In this document: positions 36,172 through 44,734 of the stretch, in pieces
Position numbering within the stretch: position 1 is the stretch's first letter
Layout: every line of letters starts with the position of its first letter
NCBI GenBank assembly: GCA_018662365.1
Contig: JABJGH010000001.1
Coordinates: forward strand, 1-44,734
Length of the DNA: 44,734 bases
Source: Chloroflexota bacterium
GTDB lineage: Bacteria > Chloroflexota > Anaerolineae > Anaerolineales > UBA11579
Direction of reading: 5' to 3'
Program-made: the position numbers and the translations under genes
The notes under the pieces: model-generated
What the model was told of the DNA's origin: nothing
Databases searched by the model: none
The model's input: the letters and a program-made list of their open reading frames with translations, nothing else

Positions 36172-37074
36172 TTAAGATTCAACGAGGTTTGGTTCGGATT
36201 GTGCTTGAAGTTTTCGTAGTTTCCCGTATATTTCTCTCCATTGAATTTTTGATATCCCTAATTTCTGTCTAATTTTATTTGATTCAATACCATTATCCAA
36301 ATCCAATAGGGCAGAACTCCACCTGCACATAAGAAATGAAACTTGGTTTTCTAATCCTGCTTCTTTTCCAATTTCTTCAAGAATATATTCTAGTCTTCTT
36401 TGTGACCACGGGAAAAGCTTTTCAGTTAGATCATATTGGCTCTTATACTCATTAAAAGATGCAATCCATTCCTCTGATAATGCTATCTTTCTCTCCTTAT
36501 ATCTGTTCTGTGGGCTTGCATATCTAATAAATATTATTGGCCCATTAGGTGCATCAAAATCAATATGGTTAGTTGTCAGGGTCAAACATTCACCCTTCTT
36601 AATCGCTGTTTCTAACAATAATTTTATTAATGTATACGCTCTTGCATCTGGTTTTTTTGAAACGCGATGTTTATTTGCGGAGTCAAGGAGTAAATTGATT
36701 TCGGACAAACTCAGTACTTTAGGCAGAGGGCTGATTACTGATTTCTGTACGACCTTCTCGGCAGGGTCCATTGTAATTACACCCTTGGTTTGCAGCCATT
36801 TGAAAAAAGATTTTATTGAGGTAATTCTTCTAGAAAGAGTTTTTGGGCTGCAAGGAATTCCCCTTTTGTTCTGCATCCAGTCCAAAAAATTATTTATATC
36901 TTTGGTTGTGACTTCTCCAATTTCACGATCAGGTGGAAAAAAGGATGCCAAAAGATTTACATCTGATATAAATGCTTTAATTGTATGAATTGATCTTCCC
37001 TGATCCTCTAAATAAAGTTTCCAAAAACTAATCGCTTGAGTAACTGGGGAATTGAAATTGATGACTTGATTCAT
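36172..37074 (-). CDS. tyrosine recombinase (XerC/XerD-like) with non-canonical catalytic residues
   Basis: N-terminal SAM-like core-binding domain is present. Catalytic-domain Arg (ARAYTL), Lys (YKERK), Arg (LMCRW) and Tyr (EIYGKL) are present. The HxxR His appears replaced, and a Cre-like Trp replaces the second His. Confidence 0.55.
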   Translation of the reverse strand: MNQVINFNSPVTQAISFWKLYLEDQGRSIHTIKAFISDVNLLASFFPPDREIGEVTTKDINNFLDWMQNKRGIPCSPKTLSRRITSIKSFFKWLQTKGVITMDPAEKVVQKSVISPLPKVLSLSEINLLLDSANKHRVSKKPDARAYTLIKLLLETAIKKGECLTLTTNHIDFDAPNGPIIFIRYASPQNRYKERKIALSEEWIASFNEYKSQYDLTEKLFPWSQRRLEYILEEIGKEAGLENQVSFLMCRWSSALLDLDNGIESNKIRQKLGISKIQWREIYGKLRKLQAQSEPNLVES

Positions 37075-37252
37075 AAGGTTCTCCGATCATTTTTTGTCTG
37101 AAATCATTTCGCATAGACATATAGTTCACTATTGATTCTATATAGATTTCAAAATATGTCAAACTTTACATTAAAGGAATAATTTGTAAATTCGAGAAAT
37201 ATTCTTTTATGGGGGGATTAAATTTGTTTCTTACGTGGGATTTCCCAATAAT

Positions 37253-38326
37253 TTAATCAGAGTTTACAACTTTTAGAATGAAATCATCAATAAAATTCTT
37301 AGTGGGGAGTAAAACTTGGGCGCCTGTATTTGGATTTGTCCAATTCGTGATATGTTGATAATTCACCACATAGCGAGAAATGTCCCAAGAATTGAGAAAT
37401 TTTGTCCCGAATTGAGAAAGTTCGATTATTTCTGTCAATTCTAAATCTGTTTGGATAACGCCTCGAAATTGACTGTAAAGTTGTGGCACTTTTGTAACGA
37501 TATCGAATGAGAGTAATTTTGAAAAAACTGCCTGAATAACTTCTTGTTGTCGAACCGTCCTATCCAGATCATTGGAAGAATGACGTGAACGGACGTACCA
37601 AAGTGCTGTATCCCCATTCATATGGTTTGTGCCAGAATTTACTGTAAAATACCCATACCCGTCTCTAAGATCAGTCATTGTCCTACCGACATTTACGTCA
37701 ATCCCCCCAAGAGTATTAATTAAATTCTCAAAACCACTAAAGTCAACAATTGCATAATTATCGGGTTTAATTCCAAAATTATATTCAAATGTTGAGGCAG
37801 TTAATGCAAACCCACCTTTTACTTGTGCCGTATTAATTCGCTCCATAGAATACCCAGGAATATAAACGTAAAGATCTCTCGGAAATGAAGAAAGGTTAAT
37901 TGAATTTTCGTCAAAATTAATAGTTACTAGTAAAAGGACATCCGTACGAAAGCCCCCATCATTAGGTCGTTGGTCAGAACCCATTAGCAATATATTTAAT
38001 TGGTTTTCGGGTTGCTGTATAATTTTTGCGCGTGGGGGGATAGATCCTGGCGGGCCGTAATAGGATCCGTCAAAATCAGAATCAGTAGTTGGTATCGGTG
38101 AAGGTTGGCCCACTGGAGTCGAACTAGGATCATTCTCTGTGTTCTCATAATCAGGAAGAAAGGCAGTGGGGGTTGGAGTTGAATCTTTACCCGCGGTAAT
38201 GAGCTGCATATTGTGTTTTTGATCGGGTTCAGTCAAAGATGCGAATCCCTGGCAATTCACAATTAATAGGGGTATGAAAATTATTAATCCAAATTTTATT
38301 ATTGTGGGTGATTTTGTTTTTTCCAT
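37253..38326 (-). CDS. LytR-CpsA-Psr (LCP) family cell-envelope glycopolymer transferase
   Basis: N-terminal TM is followed by a Pro/Thr-rich linker and the LCP core (ILLMGSD.R....RTDVL.L...N.......SFPRDLYV.IPG). Confidence 0.8.
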   Translation of the reverse strand: MEKTKSPTIIKFGLIIFIPLLIVNCQGFASLTEPDQKHNMQLITAGKDSTPTPTAFLPDYENTENDPSSTPVGQPSPIPTTDSDFDGSYYGPPGSIPPRAKIIQQPENQLNILLMGSDQRPNDGGFRTDVLLLVTINFDENSINLSSFPRDLYVYIPGYSMERINTAQVKGGFALTASTFEYNFGIKPDNYAIVDFSGFENLINTLGGIDVNVGRTMTDLRDGYGYFTVNSGTNHMNGDTALWYVRSRHSSNDLDRTVRQQEVIQAVFSKLLSFDIVTKVPQLYSQFRGVIQTDLELTEIIELSQFGTKFLNSWDISRYVVNYQHITNWTNPNTGAQVLLPTKNFIDDFILKVVNSD

Positions 38327-38556
38327 ATTTTATTTCCATTAGAAGCTGGGACTTCAAAATCCTAGAAGTTAATAGTATTGCGAAACCTCATTATAGGCTT
38401 GAAAATCTATATTGCAATTTATATAATTTGGTTAGATAAATATTCATCCCCCGATGATGTGGGTTTCGGAAATTGAAAAAATAAGTCTTCTTATAATTAC
38501 TTCGAAAGATAAAATGGCGAGCATAGATCGAAATAACATTTCTAAATCCTCTTCAC

Positions 38557-40809
38557 TCATTTTGCGGTCCGGTTATTCTTTTCCTGAGAAATGCTAATTG
38601 GAATGATTAAACCAAAAGTTGTTCCTTTGCCTATCTTACTGCCAATTTTTACCTCGCCACCTAATTGTTCTAGTAATAACTTTGAAACAGGAAGGTTTAG
38701 TTCTGATTTTTCATCCTCTGAAAAAGAAATGCCTTTTTCGGAGCGGGAAATTGAAAAGAATAAAGGAATTTCCTTCTCTTCAATTCCCACACCAGAATCT
38801 CTTATATCTAGGCAAATTGAATTCTGATCTTGTATTATTGTTGCTTTTATTAATATTTCTCCCCCATAAAGGCAGGCATTCACTGCATTTTTTAAAAAAT
38901 TAGTTACAACTTCATAAATTATTTCTTCATCAGAATATATTTTTGGTAATTCAGAATGAAAATCCACCCGCAATGTTATGTCTTTATTCCGTAACTCTTC
39001 ACCAAAATAATTTATCGTTTTGTCCACAATTTCTGAAAGATCAAAATAATCAGGATTAAACTCTTTGTCTTTGGAGGATACGGAAGAGATAAAATATAAA
39101 GATTTCAAGAGGTCATCTAATTCATCTGAATTAGATTTCGAAAAATTAGTAGATAGTTGCTTTCCATCCCCATCGTTTTTTATATTTTCAGAATAATAAA
39201 AATTCAAAAGCTCTTCAATGTAATTATGGGCCTCTTTGATAAAAACGGAAATTGAAGGAGAAGAATCGACTTCCTCGGTTTTTTGTTTCCTGTCTTTTTC
39301 GGCCCGTTCTTTTTCCTTAAGTAATACCATTTCGATGTTGTTAGATAATTCTTCATTTTCAACTTTTAATTTTTCTATAGTATCCTTCGCCATTTCCAGT
39401 TCTTCATTGAAATTATTATTGCTCACATTCTGGTAGGATGAAATTTCATCTAGAAGAAGTTTGTTTTCATTTTCAAATCTAGATGCCCTTTCTTCAAATT
39501 CATTAGATTGTAATTCTAATTTGTCTAGTTCAGACTTCTTAGCAATTGTTTTTTGTTGACTGTGGTTAATTATTTCCTGCCTAGATTTTTGTATTGATTC
39601 AACAGCAAAGTCATTTATGGTCTGATTTGTATAGGGATATGCCAATAGAATGCAAAATTCGGGGGAAAGAGGCTCTTTATTTATTGGGATTATTACAGAA
39701 TTTCCTAAATCTTCAACATTGATCACCTTCGATATAGTCGATAGGCTCGGGTCATAACTATTGATATATATTGGGCTATTGCTTAAAAAACTTTTCTTTA
39801 AACCTGAAATCTGGACTTCTTCAAATTCATTTATATAAATGTAATTTTCAGATATTAGATCATAGCCACTCAGGATTAGGGATTTTTTTTGTTTATTAGG
39901 CGGTGAAATAAGAAGGACAATATCAGCTATAAAGGAATGTGAAATAATTTTTACTAAAGAATTTTCTGGCGAATCATTATTATCCACATTTGTGAGATTA
40001 ATAACTGCTTCTAACAAATTACCCCGGTTTATTATTATTTCAGTTATTTTATCATCATGATTTGGCTTAAGATTTTGATATTTCATTCCCTTTTCCCCTA
40101 TAAAACTAGTCTCTGTTTTATTCTTTTCGAAGGACAAGTTTTTGTCATATGAAATCCCAAACAGTAATGGGAATGCGGATAATTGCATTAGGCGAACAAA
40201 TATTGGAATATTGTCTTGGTTAGAAAATATAAAAACTTGGCCTAATTCACCAATAATCAATGCGGAAAATATGATTAATCCTAGTTTCCAATTCCTCGGA
40301 CGCCTCAAATTCAAAAGAGTAATCCCAGTATAGAGCAATAGGACTGTTGCTAAATTGCATAATGCCAAATAAAATTTTGCGCCTAAAGAGATTGGCGAAG
40401 AATAACTTATCCATAAAAATACAAGTAATATCCCAAAGAAAATTATACTTAGAGAGGAGAATAAAGAATAGGTTTTTTTGGTATATTTGGAATATGAAAA
40501 TATCCAAATATAGAAAAATACTAAGACTGTAAGGAAATCTACTGTACGAGAAATTTCTGGTAAATAAGCGCTGTAATTTAAGGGTATTTGGGTGAATAAG
40601 CCGATTAAAAATAGATTAATAAAACGAATACCTAGAAGCAATATAATCCCGATCAATACTCTTCGATTCCCCGTAGTTTTTTCTTCCAAGTAATGAGGGA
40701 GGGTAATTGCTAAAGCCCCTAAAATTGCAAAAGAAATGACCAGGTGATAGGCTAGGTTACCTCCCTGGGTGTTCAATAATTCTGCAATATCATTAATTAA
40801 TCCGGGCAT
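38557..40809 (-). CDS. membrane sensor histidine kinase (6-7 TM + GAF-like + coiled coil + HATPase_c), degenerate H-box
   Basis: The C-terminal N and G boxes are present (NFLKNAVNA, IRDSGVGIEEKE, LGGEVKIGSKIGKGTTF). The candidate H-box FIKEAHNYIEELLNF lies upstream. A TGcTATAAT extended -10 and AGGAA SD sit upstream. Confidence 0.6.
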   Translation of the reverse strand: MPGLINDIAELLNTQGGNLAYHLVISFAILGALAITLPHYLEEKTTGNRRVLIGIILLLGIRFINLFLIGLFTQIPLNYSAYLPEISRTVDFLTVLVFFYIWIFSYSKYTKKTYSLFSSLSIIFFGILLVFLWISYSSPISLGAKFYLALCNLATVLLLYTGITLLNLRRPRNWKLGLIIFSALIIGELGQVFIFSNQDNIPIFVRLMQLSAFPLLFGISYDKNLSFEKNKTETSFIGEKGMKYQNLKPNHDDKITEIIINRGNLLEAVINLTNVDNNDSPENSLVKIISHSFIADIVLLISPPNKQKKSLILSGYDLISENYIYINEFEEVQISGLKKSFLSNSPIYINSYDPSLSTISKVINVEDLGNSVIIPINKEPLSPEFCILLAYPYTNQTINDFAVESIQKSRQEIINHSQQKTIAKKSELDKLELQSNEFEERASRFENENKLLLDEISSYQNVSNNNFNEELEMAKDTIEKLKVENEELSNNIEMVLLKEKERAEKDRKQKTEEVDSSPSISVFIKEAHNYIEELLNFYYSENIKNDGDGKQLSTNFSKSNSDELDDLLKSLYFISSVSSKDKEFNPDYFDLSEIVDKTINYFGEELRNKDITLRVDFHSELPKIYSDEEIIYEVVTNFLKNAVNACLYGGEILIKATIIQDQNSICLDIRDSGVGIEEKEIPLFFSISRSEKGISFSEDEKSELNLPVSKLLLEQLGGEVKIGSKIGKGTTFGLIIPISISQEKNNRTAK

Positions 40810-40905
40810 TTAGCTATTTCCTTATGGGGATTATAGCATGCGGAAAAAATTGATACAACAAATAATTGTGGCTGAGACTTAATATTTTTATTGTTTTTCA
40901 GTATG

Positions 40906-40933
40906 TTGACTTTCTTATATTTAAGGGTAAAAT
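40906..40933 (+). promoter_or_regulatory. promoter for tRNA-Leu(CAG) (TTGACT-16-TAAAAT)
   Basis: TTGACT is at 40906-40911 and TAAAAT at 40928-40933, 15 nt before the tRNA. Confidence 0.45.
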
Positions 40934-40948
40934 ACCGGACGTAACCAT

Positions 40949-41032
<84 letters not shown>

Positions 41033-41035
41033 CTT

Positions 41036-41060
41036 AAAGACCTAATAATGGGTCTTTTTT
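41036..41060 (+). terminator. rho-independent terminator after tRNA-Leu
   Basis: Sequence AAAGACCtaataatgGGTCTTTTTT. Confidence 0.65.
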
Positions 41061-41122
41061 AGTTAAAAAGTACATTTGGCGAGGAACTTGCACTACTTCT
41101 AGGACTGGAGTAAGATGGTTTT

Positions 41123-41506
41123 ATGGGTCTAACGAGTGATTGGATAAAGAGAATATTGGCGGGATTGGGATTAATTGTTTTATTAATCTTGGTTCTTGAT
41201 TTTAATTCTAGAATGGTGGAATTAACTCGTTTGACTTCTCAATTTAAAAGTGAGACAGCCGAATTGGATGGGTACCTTTCTGAAAAAGAGGTCTTAGAGA
41301 ATGAAATTGCATATGCAACTTCCAATGATGCAGTGGAGAAATGGGCAAGGGAGCAAGGCAGGTACACTAAACCTGGAGATCATCCGATCATTCCATTGCC
41401 TGATCCAGACTATGTTAAGGAAGTTGAACCCCAAAGTCTTAATGAAAATGAGGCAAATAGTTTATGGGATTTGTGGAATAATTGGCTGTTCGGTGACACG
41501 CCTTGA
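41123..41506 (+). CDS. small bitopic membrane protein with coiled coil (FtsB/DivIC-like septum-formation-initiator candidate)
   Basis: An N-terminal TM helix is followed by a heptad-like region. The functional call is weak. Confidence 0.4.
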   Translation: MGLTSDWIKRILAGLGLIVLLILVLDFNSRMVELTRLTSQFKSETAELDGYLSEKEVLENEIAYATSNDAVEKWAREQGRYTKPGDHPIIPLPDPDYVKEVEPQSLNENEANSLWDLWNNWLFGDTP

Positions 41507-41530
41507 CACATGATTTTATGGTGTTATAAT
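41503..41530 (+). promoter_or_regulatory. promoter for initiator tRNA (TTGACA-16-TGtTATAAT)
   Basis: TTGACA is at 41503-41508 and an extended -10 GTGTTATAAT ends at 41530. The tRNA starts at 41546. Confidence 0.55.
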
Positions 41531-41545
41531 CTTGCACTGTGACGT

Positions 41546-41617
41546 CGCGGGGTGGAGCAGTGGCAGCTCGTCGGGCTCATAACCCGAAGGTCCTAGGTTC
41601 GAGTCCTAGCCCCGCTA
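41546..41617 (+). tRNA. initiator tRNA-fMet (anticodon CAU)
   Basis: The sequence is near-identical in pattern to the bacterial initiator, CGCGGGGTGGAGCAG...GCTCGTCGGGCTCATAACCCGAAGGTC... It has the C1:T72 acceptor mismatch, three consecutive G-C pairs in the anticodon stem and a CAU anticodon. Confidence 0.85.
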
Positions 41618-41627
41618 CTAATTACTA

Positions 41628-41656
41628 CCGTAGACCTTTGGGTCTGCGGTTTTTTG
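41628..41656 (+). terminator. rho-independent terminator after tRNA-fMet
   Basis: Sequence CCGTAGACCtttgGGTCTGCGGTTTTTTG with one G-U pair. Confidence 0.6.
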
Positions 41657-41800
41657 TTAGCCCTACGTTCTACGAATCATTTTGACCCCAATAATTGGAG
41701 GATTATTATGAATCGTAGACCCTCGAGCTTTTTGAATCTCCCTAAGGGCATTGAAGGCTTTTTGGACCATTAAACTGCTGAAGATTCTTGGTGAAATTAA

Positions 41801-43060
41801 TCATGTTATTTTCCATTCCTGATCTATTTGTATCAGCCCTGGAAAACCCTCTATTTGTTGACTCGCAAAACTTTGTCCACCATCGACAAAACCAACAAAT
41901 ACATCCTCAACCAGGTCAATCACTTGACTTTCTTGTCTTAAAACTAGGGTAATGTTAACACTTCCCGGGGCAAGGGGCAATTTCTGAACCCGACAAATAA
42001 ACTCTCCTGGACCTGAAGAATTATTGAAATTCTCATTGGTAACCCTGCTATCCAAATTTGCGATAATATTGCCATTGGAAGTTTTGATTAAAATAGAGGC
42101 ATTAAGATTTTTCGCTTTATGGCTATCATTATTTTCGTATTCAATCTGGAACTTCACACTTTCTCCACTCGATAACCCCTCAAGGAGCTTATTGTTTTGA
42201 TCATAAACACCAAATCCTGTGATCAATATTTTCCCGGTTTGCTTACTTCGCCGACCTTTATTAATATCTTTTCCAACACTATTTTGAACATTAGTTAAAT
42301 AGTGGTCAATTGATTCAGCTACCGGACCAATTGGGAATTCAATTTCACCTTGATTTAATACCATTGCGCGGTTGCAAAGTGCACTTACTGTGGTCATATT
42401 ATGGCTTACAAAAAGAATTGCCCCACCATCGAGCGATACATCTTGAATTTTTCTTAAGCTTTTTTTTCTGAATGCAGCATCTCCAACTGAAAGCACCTCG
42501 TCTACAAGTAAGACTTGAGGGTTTAAATGAGCAGCGACTGAAAATGCAAGTCGAATCTCCATTCCCGATGAAAAACGCTTGACAGGGGTATCAAGAAATT
42601 TTTCAACTCCTGAAAAATCTACAATCTCATCAAATTTTTGGTTAATTTCTTTTCTAGCCATTCCTAAAACTGCGCCACCGACAAAGATATTTTCTCGGCC
42701 AGTTAATTCTGAATGAAAGCCCGTTCCAACTTCTAACAAAGAACCAACCCGTCCATAAATTTCTGCTCGACCGGAAGTAGGCTCAGTGATTCGGCTCAAT
42801 ATTTTTAATAGGGTGCTTTTTCCAGCACCATTTGACCCAATTATCCCTACTACATCCCCTTCGCGTACCTGGAACGAAATGTCCTTTAATGCCCAAAATA
42901 TGTCATTTCTTCCTAATTGGGGTTTGGTGTTGGATTTTCGAACTAGGCGAGATAAATCCTGAGATAATATCCTCCTGTTTTTGCGCAATCCCCGTTGCCC
43001 GTAGGAATTTATTTTGTATGATTTTGAGAGTTTATTTACTCGAATTACAATGTCATTCAT
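41801..43060 (-). CDS. polysaccharide/O-antigen-type ABC exporter ATP-binding protein (Wzt/TagH-like) with C-terminal carbohydrate-binding extension
   Basis: Walker A GSNGAGKST, the signature FSSGME and Walker B LLVDEVLSVGD are present. A C-terminal beta-rich domain of about 170 aa follows. Confidence 0.8.
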   Translation of the reverse strand: MNDIVIRVNKLSKSYKINSYGQRGLRKNRRILSQDLSRLVRKSNTKPQLGRNDIFWALKDISFQVREGDVVGIIGSNGAGKSTLLKILSRITEPTSGRAEIYGRVGSLLEVGTGFHSELTGRENIFVGGAVLGMARKEINQKFDEIVDFSGVEKFLDTPVKRFSSGMEIRLAFSVAAHLNPQVLLVDEVLSVGDAAFRKKSLRKIQDVSLDGGAILFVSHNMTTVSALCNRAMVLNQGEIEFPIGPVAESIDHYLTNVQNSVGKDINKGRRSKQTGKILITGFGVYDQNNKLLEGLSSGESVKFQIEYENNDSHKAKNLNASILIKTSNGNIIANLDSRVTNENFNNSSGPGEFICRVQKLPLAPGSVNITLVLRQESQVIDLVEDVFVGFVDGGQSFASQQIEGFPGLIQIDQEWKIT

Positions 43061-43917
43061 TAGATTACGTCAGCAAAGCCTCTTTCTAGTCTACGAAAAA
43101 TGATTAACCCAACTGAGAATAATAAAACTCCCATCACCATTGAGTAAACAAATGCTGTCAATGGAAAATCAGTTGTGCCAAGAATTGCCCATCTAAAGGC
43201 ATCGATTATACCTACCATTGGATTCAAATCATAAATCCAACGCCATTTAGAAGGAATCACACTGGAAGAATAAGCCAAGGGAGATGCGTACATCCACAAT
43301 TGGATAATAAAGGGTAATATATATGTGAAATCTCTATAATACACATTCAGTGCTGCAAACCAAATTCCGATCCCAACAGCAATTAACAAGTTAAAGAAAA
43401 TAATTATTGGAACGGCTAAAATATTAATCGGAATAGCAATATCAAAAATAAATAATAAAACAATTAACAGGGTAAAAGAGATAGCAAAATCTATTAAGGT
43501 GGACACTGAATTAGCAATGGGGATAATTATTCTTGGGAAAAACACCCGGGTAATTAAGCGGATATTTCGGATAAGGCTAATTCCTGACCTTTGTAAAGAC
43601 TGTGAAAATAAAGTCCAGGGTAATAAACCGGTAAATGAAAAGAGCTCATATGCCGTATTTTCCGAATCAACATTAATTAAATTACCAAAAATTATCGTAA
43701 AAATTACGGTGGTGATCAATGGCTGCAGGATGACCCAAACAACGCCTAAAATGGTTTGGCGATATCTTAATTGAACTTCCCGCTTAGCTAATATGAAAAA
43801 AAGATCGCGGTATTCCCAAATTTCTTTAAAATCAATACCAAACCAACCCGTTTTGGGTTGAATAATTGTTAATTTCTTTTTAGATTTTTGAGATAATATT
43901 GTATTTTGGATGGTTGG
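43060..43917 (-). CDS. ABC-2 type polysaccharide exporter permease (Wzm-like); true start unresolved
   Basis: The ORF-track protein starts at an internal TTG. The reading frame stays open upstream and encodes the conserved Wzm N-terminus ...WFGIDFKEIWEYRDLFFILAKREVQLRYRQTILGVVWVILQPLITTV... There is no ATG/GTG/TTG between the upstream stop (43918-43920) and this region. Confidence 0.65.
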   Translation of the reverse strand, partial: PTIQNTILSQKSKKKLTIIQPKTGWFGIDFKEIWEYRDLFFILAKREVQLRYRQTILGVVWVILQPLITTVIFTIIFGNLINVDSENTAYELFSFTGLLPWTLFSQSLQRSGISLIRNIRLITRVFFPRIIIPIANSVSTLIDFAISFTLLIVLLFIFDIAIPINILAVPIIIFFNLLIAVGIGIWFAALNVYYRDFTYILPFIIQLWMYASPLAYSSSVIPSKWRWIYDLNPMVGIIDAFRWAILGTTDFPLTAFVYSMVMGVLLFSVGLIIFRRLERGFADVI

Positions 43918-43920
43918 TTA

Positions 43921-44625
43921 CTCTTTTAATATTGAATTAATTTGAGAATTTATAAAATATTTTAAGTTATAAACTCTATTAAGGTTCCGAATAATATTTC
44001 AAATTAGGAAATAGGCTGATTTTTTTGTTATTTCATTGGAATTATACATTATTTACCATACGGAGGGCTTATAGAAAGTCTGTTTTATCTAGAAATGACC
44101 GGTTCTTGTATTATCATATTAAGATTTTTATATTCAACTATTCCTATATCATCCTTAATAGTTTCGAAACCATTCATAAGGGGTGCTTGCCTGACTTATC
44201 CAAATTGCACGATTTTATATTGAAAATTCAATTTTTCGATTATAAAATATTTTTCAGCCACTATTATCACGGCAGGGATAAATATAATAATAAATTATTT
44301 GTTGTACTGAAAACTAATTCCCCTCAGTCATCGCCTCATTTTGCCCCCAGCACAACCGAGGAGAAATAAAGAATTAATTTTGTTTTACTCCTTTCTATGT
44401 ACCTCTAGTTAAATATAAGGATATGTCTCTATTTTCTTTCGAGAAATTATTGTATATCCCATATTGAAAACAAATCCTCAGGAATCATCTTATGAAGGGA
44501 ATGTATCCTAAACTATGGAATGACCTCATACCATTCCCAAATTCGAATTTCTCCAATTTGACCATGGTAAACAAGTTTTTTGTTATTAAGTTCTGACCTG
44601 CCCCCAATAGTTGTACCAGTGCTTA
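43921..44625. other. about 700-bp AT-rich non-coding region (gene desert) between wzm and a transposase fragment
   Basis: No ORF with protein-like composition was found. ORF 44025..44369 looks spurious. Composition shifts to higher GC near 44500. Confidence 0.5.
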
Positions 44626-44734
44626 TGTTACACCAGCAGACTGAAGTTGTGAAGTGTGCGAGATGAAGGTTGCCGGTGTTGGGGGTTTGTAACCCAGTGA
44701 ACTATGGGGTCTGATCTGGTTATAATTCCACCTC
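44626..44734 (-). mobile_element. 3' end (C-terminal 36 codons) of a DDE transposase, rve/integrase-core type (IS3/IS481-like); element continues beyond window
   Basis: Minus-strand frame reads ...RWNYNQIRPHSSLGYKPPTPATFISHTSQLQSAGVT*. The Y-N-x-x-R-P-H-S-S-L-G-Y...P...F block is the hallmark C-terminus of rve-domain transposases. Confidence 0.5.

Noticed and set aside
44025-44369. 114-aa plus-strand ORF in the AT-rich desert.
   Set aside because: Its composition is low-complexity and Ile/Phe/Tyr/Asn-rich. It has no SD, sits in a region of shifting composition, and is typical of chance ORFs in AT-rich DNA.
44640-44734. GGGGTCTGATCTGG... at the window end resembles the 5' end of tmRNA (GGGGCUGAUUCUGG...). 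I also compared it with 16S, 5S and 23S rRNA termini.
   Set aside because: The obligatory GAUUCGACGGG continuation of tmRNA is absent, and the rRNA matches are only partial. The minus-strand transposase C-terminal reading (YNQIRPHSSLGY) explains the region better.

Overview
This 44.7-kb AT-rich window (roughly 35-40% GC by eye) comes from a compactly organised bacterial chromosome. Most of it is conserved housekeeping genes.

Gene content, grouped by function:
- Fatty-acid and lipid synthesis: plsX, fabD, fabG, fabF.
- Translation: rpmF, prfB (with the classical +1 programmed frameshift), tilS, rsmD.
- Transcription: nusB.
- Chromosome maintenance and secretion: rnc-smc, mutL, ftsY, tatA/tatC.
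- NAD(P)HX repair: nnr.
- Molybdenum/tungsten cofactor synthesis: moaC plus a MoaD-MoaE fusion.
- Tungsten module: an aldehyde:ferredoxin oxidoreductase (AOR) preceded by an SCP2-domain gene, and a tungstate-type ABC transporter (tupABC).
- Envelope-associated proteins: LCP, Asp23, YtxH/DUF948, a PspC-domain protein, a large lipoprotein, and Wzm/Wzt polysaccharide-export ABC components.

Three tRNA genes (Leu-GAG, Leu-CAG, initiator Met) each sit between their own near-consensus sigma-70-like promoter and a rho-independent terminator.

The less ordinary parts are:
- a two-gene operon encoding an acidic 181-aa protein and a COG4260/SPFH-like protein fused to a C-terminal excisionase-type HTH (3729-5320);
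- a REC/ParA-MinD(CpaE/TadZ-like) fusion whose Walker-A lysine is replaced, running co-directionally into a CobB-type sirtuin;
- a NERD-domain membrane protein;
- a tyrosine recombinase with non-canonical active-site residues;
- a large orphan membrane GAF-histidine kinase;
- the 3' edge, where a 700-bp AT-rich gene desert runs into the C-terminal fragment of a DDE (rve) transposase whose hallmark YN..RPHSSLGY motif I can read directly.

I found no CRISPR array and no obvious defence island. The functional calls rest on motifs I recognise in the translations, not on database searches. The taxonomic placement is only a guess: a monoderm or Terrabacteria-like lineage, Firmicutes- or Chloroflexota-like.
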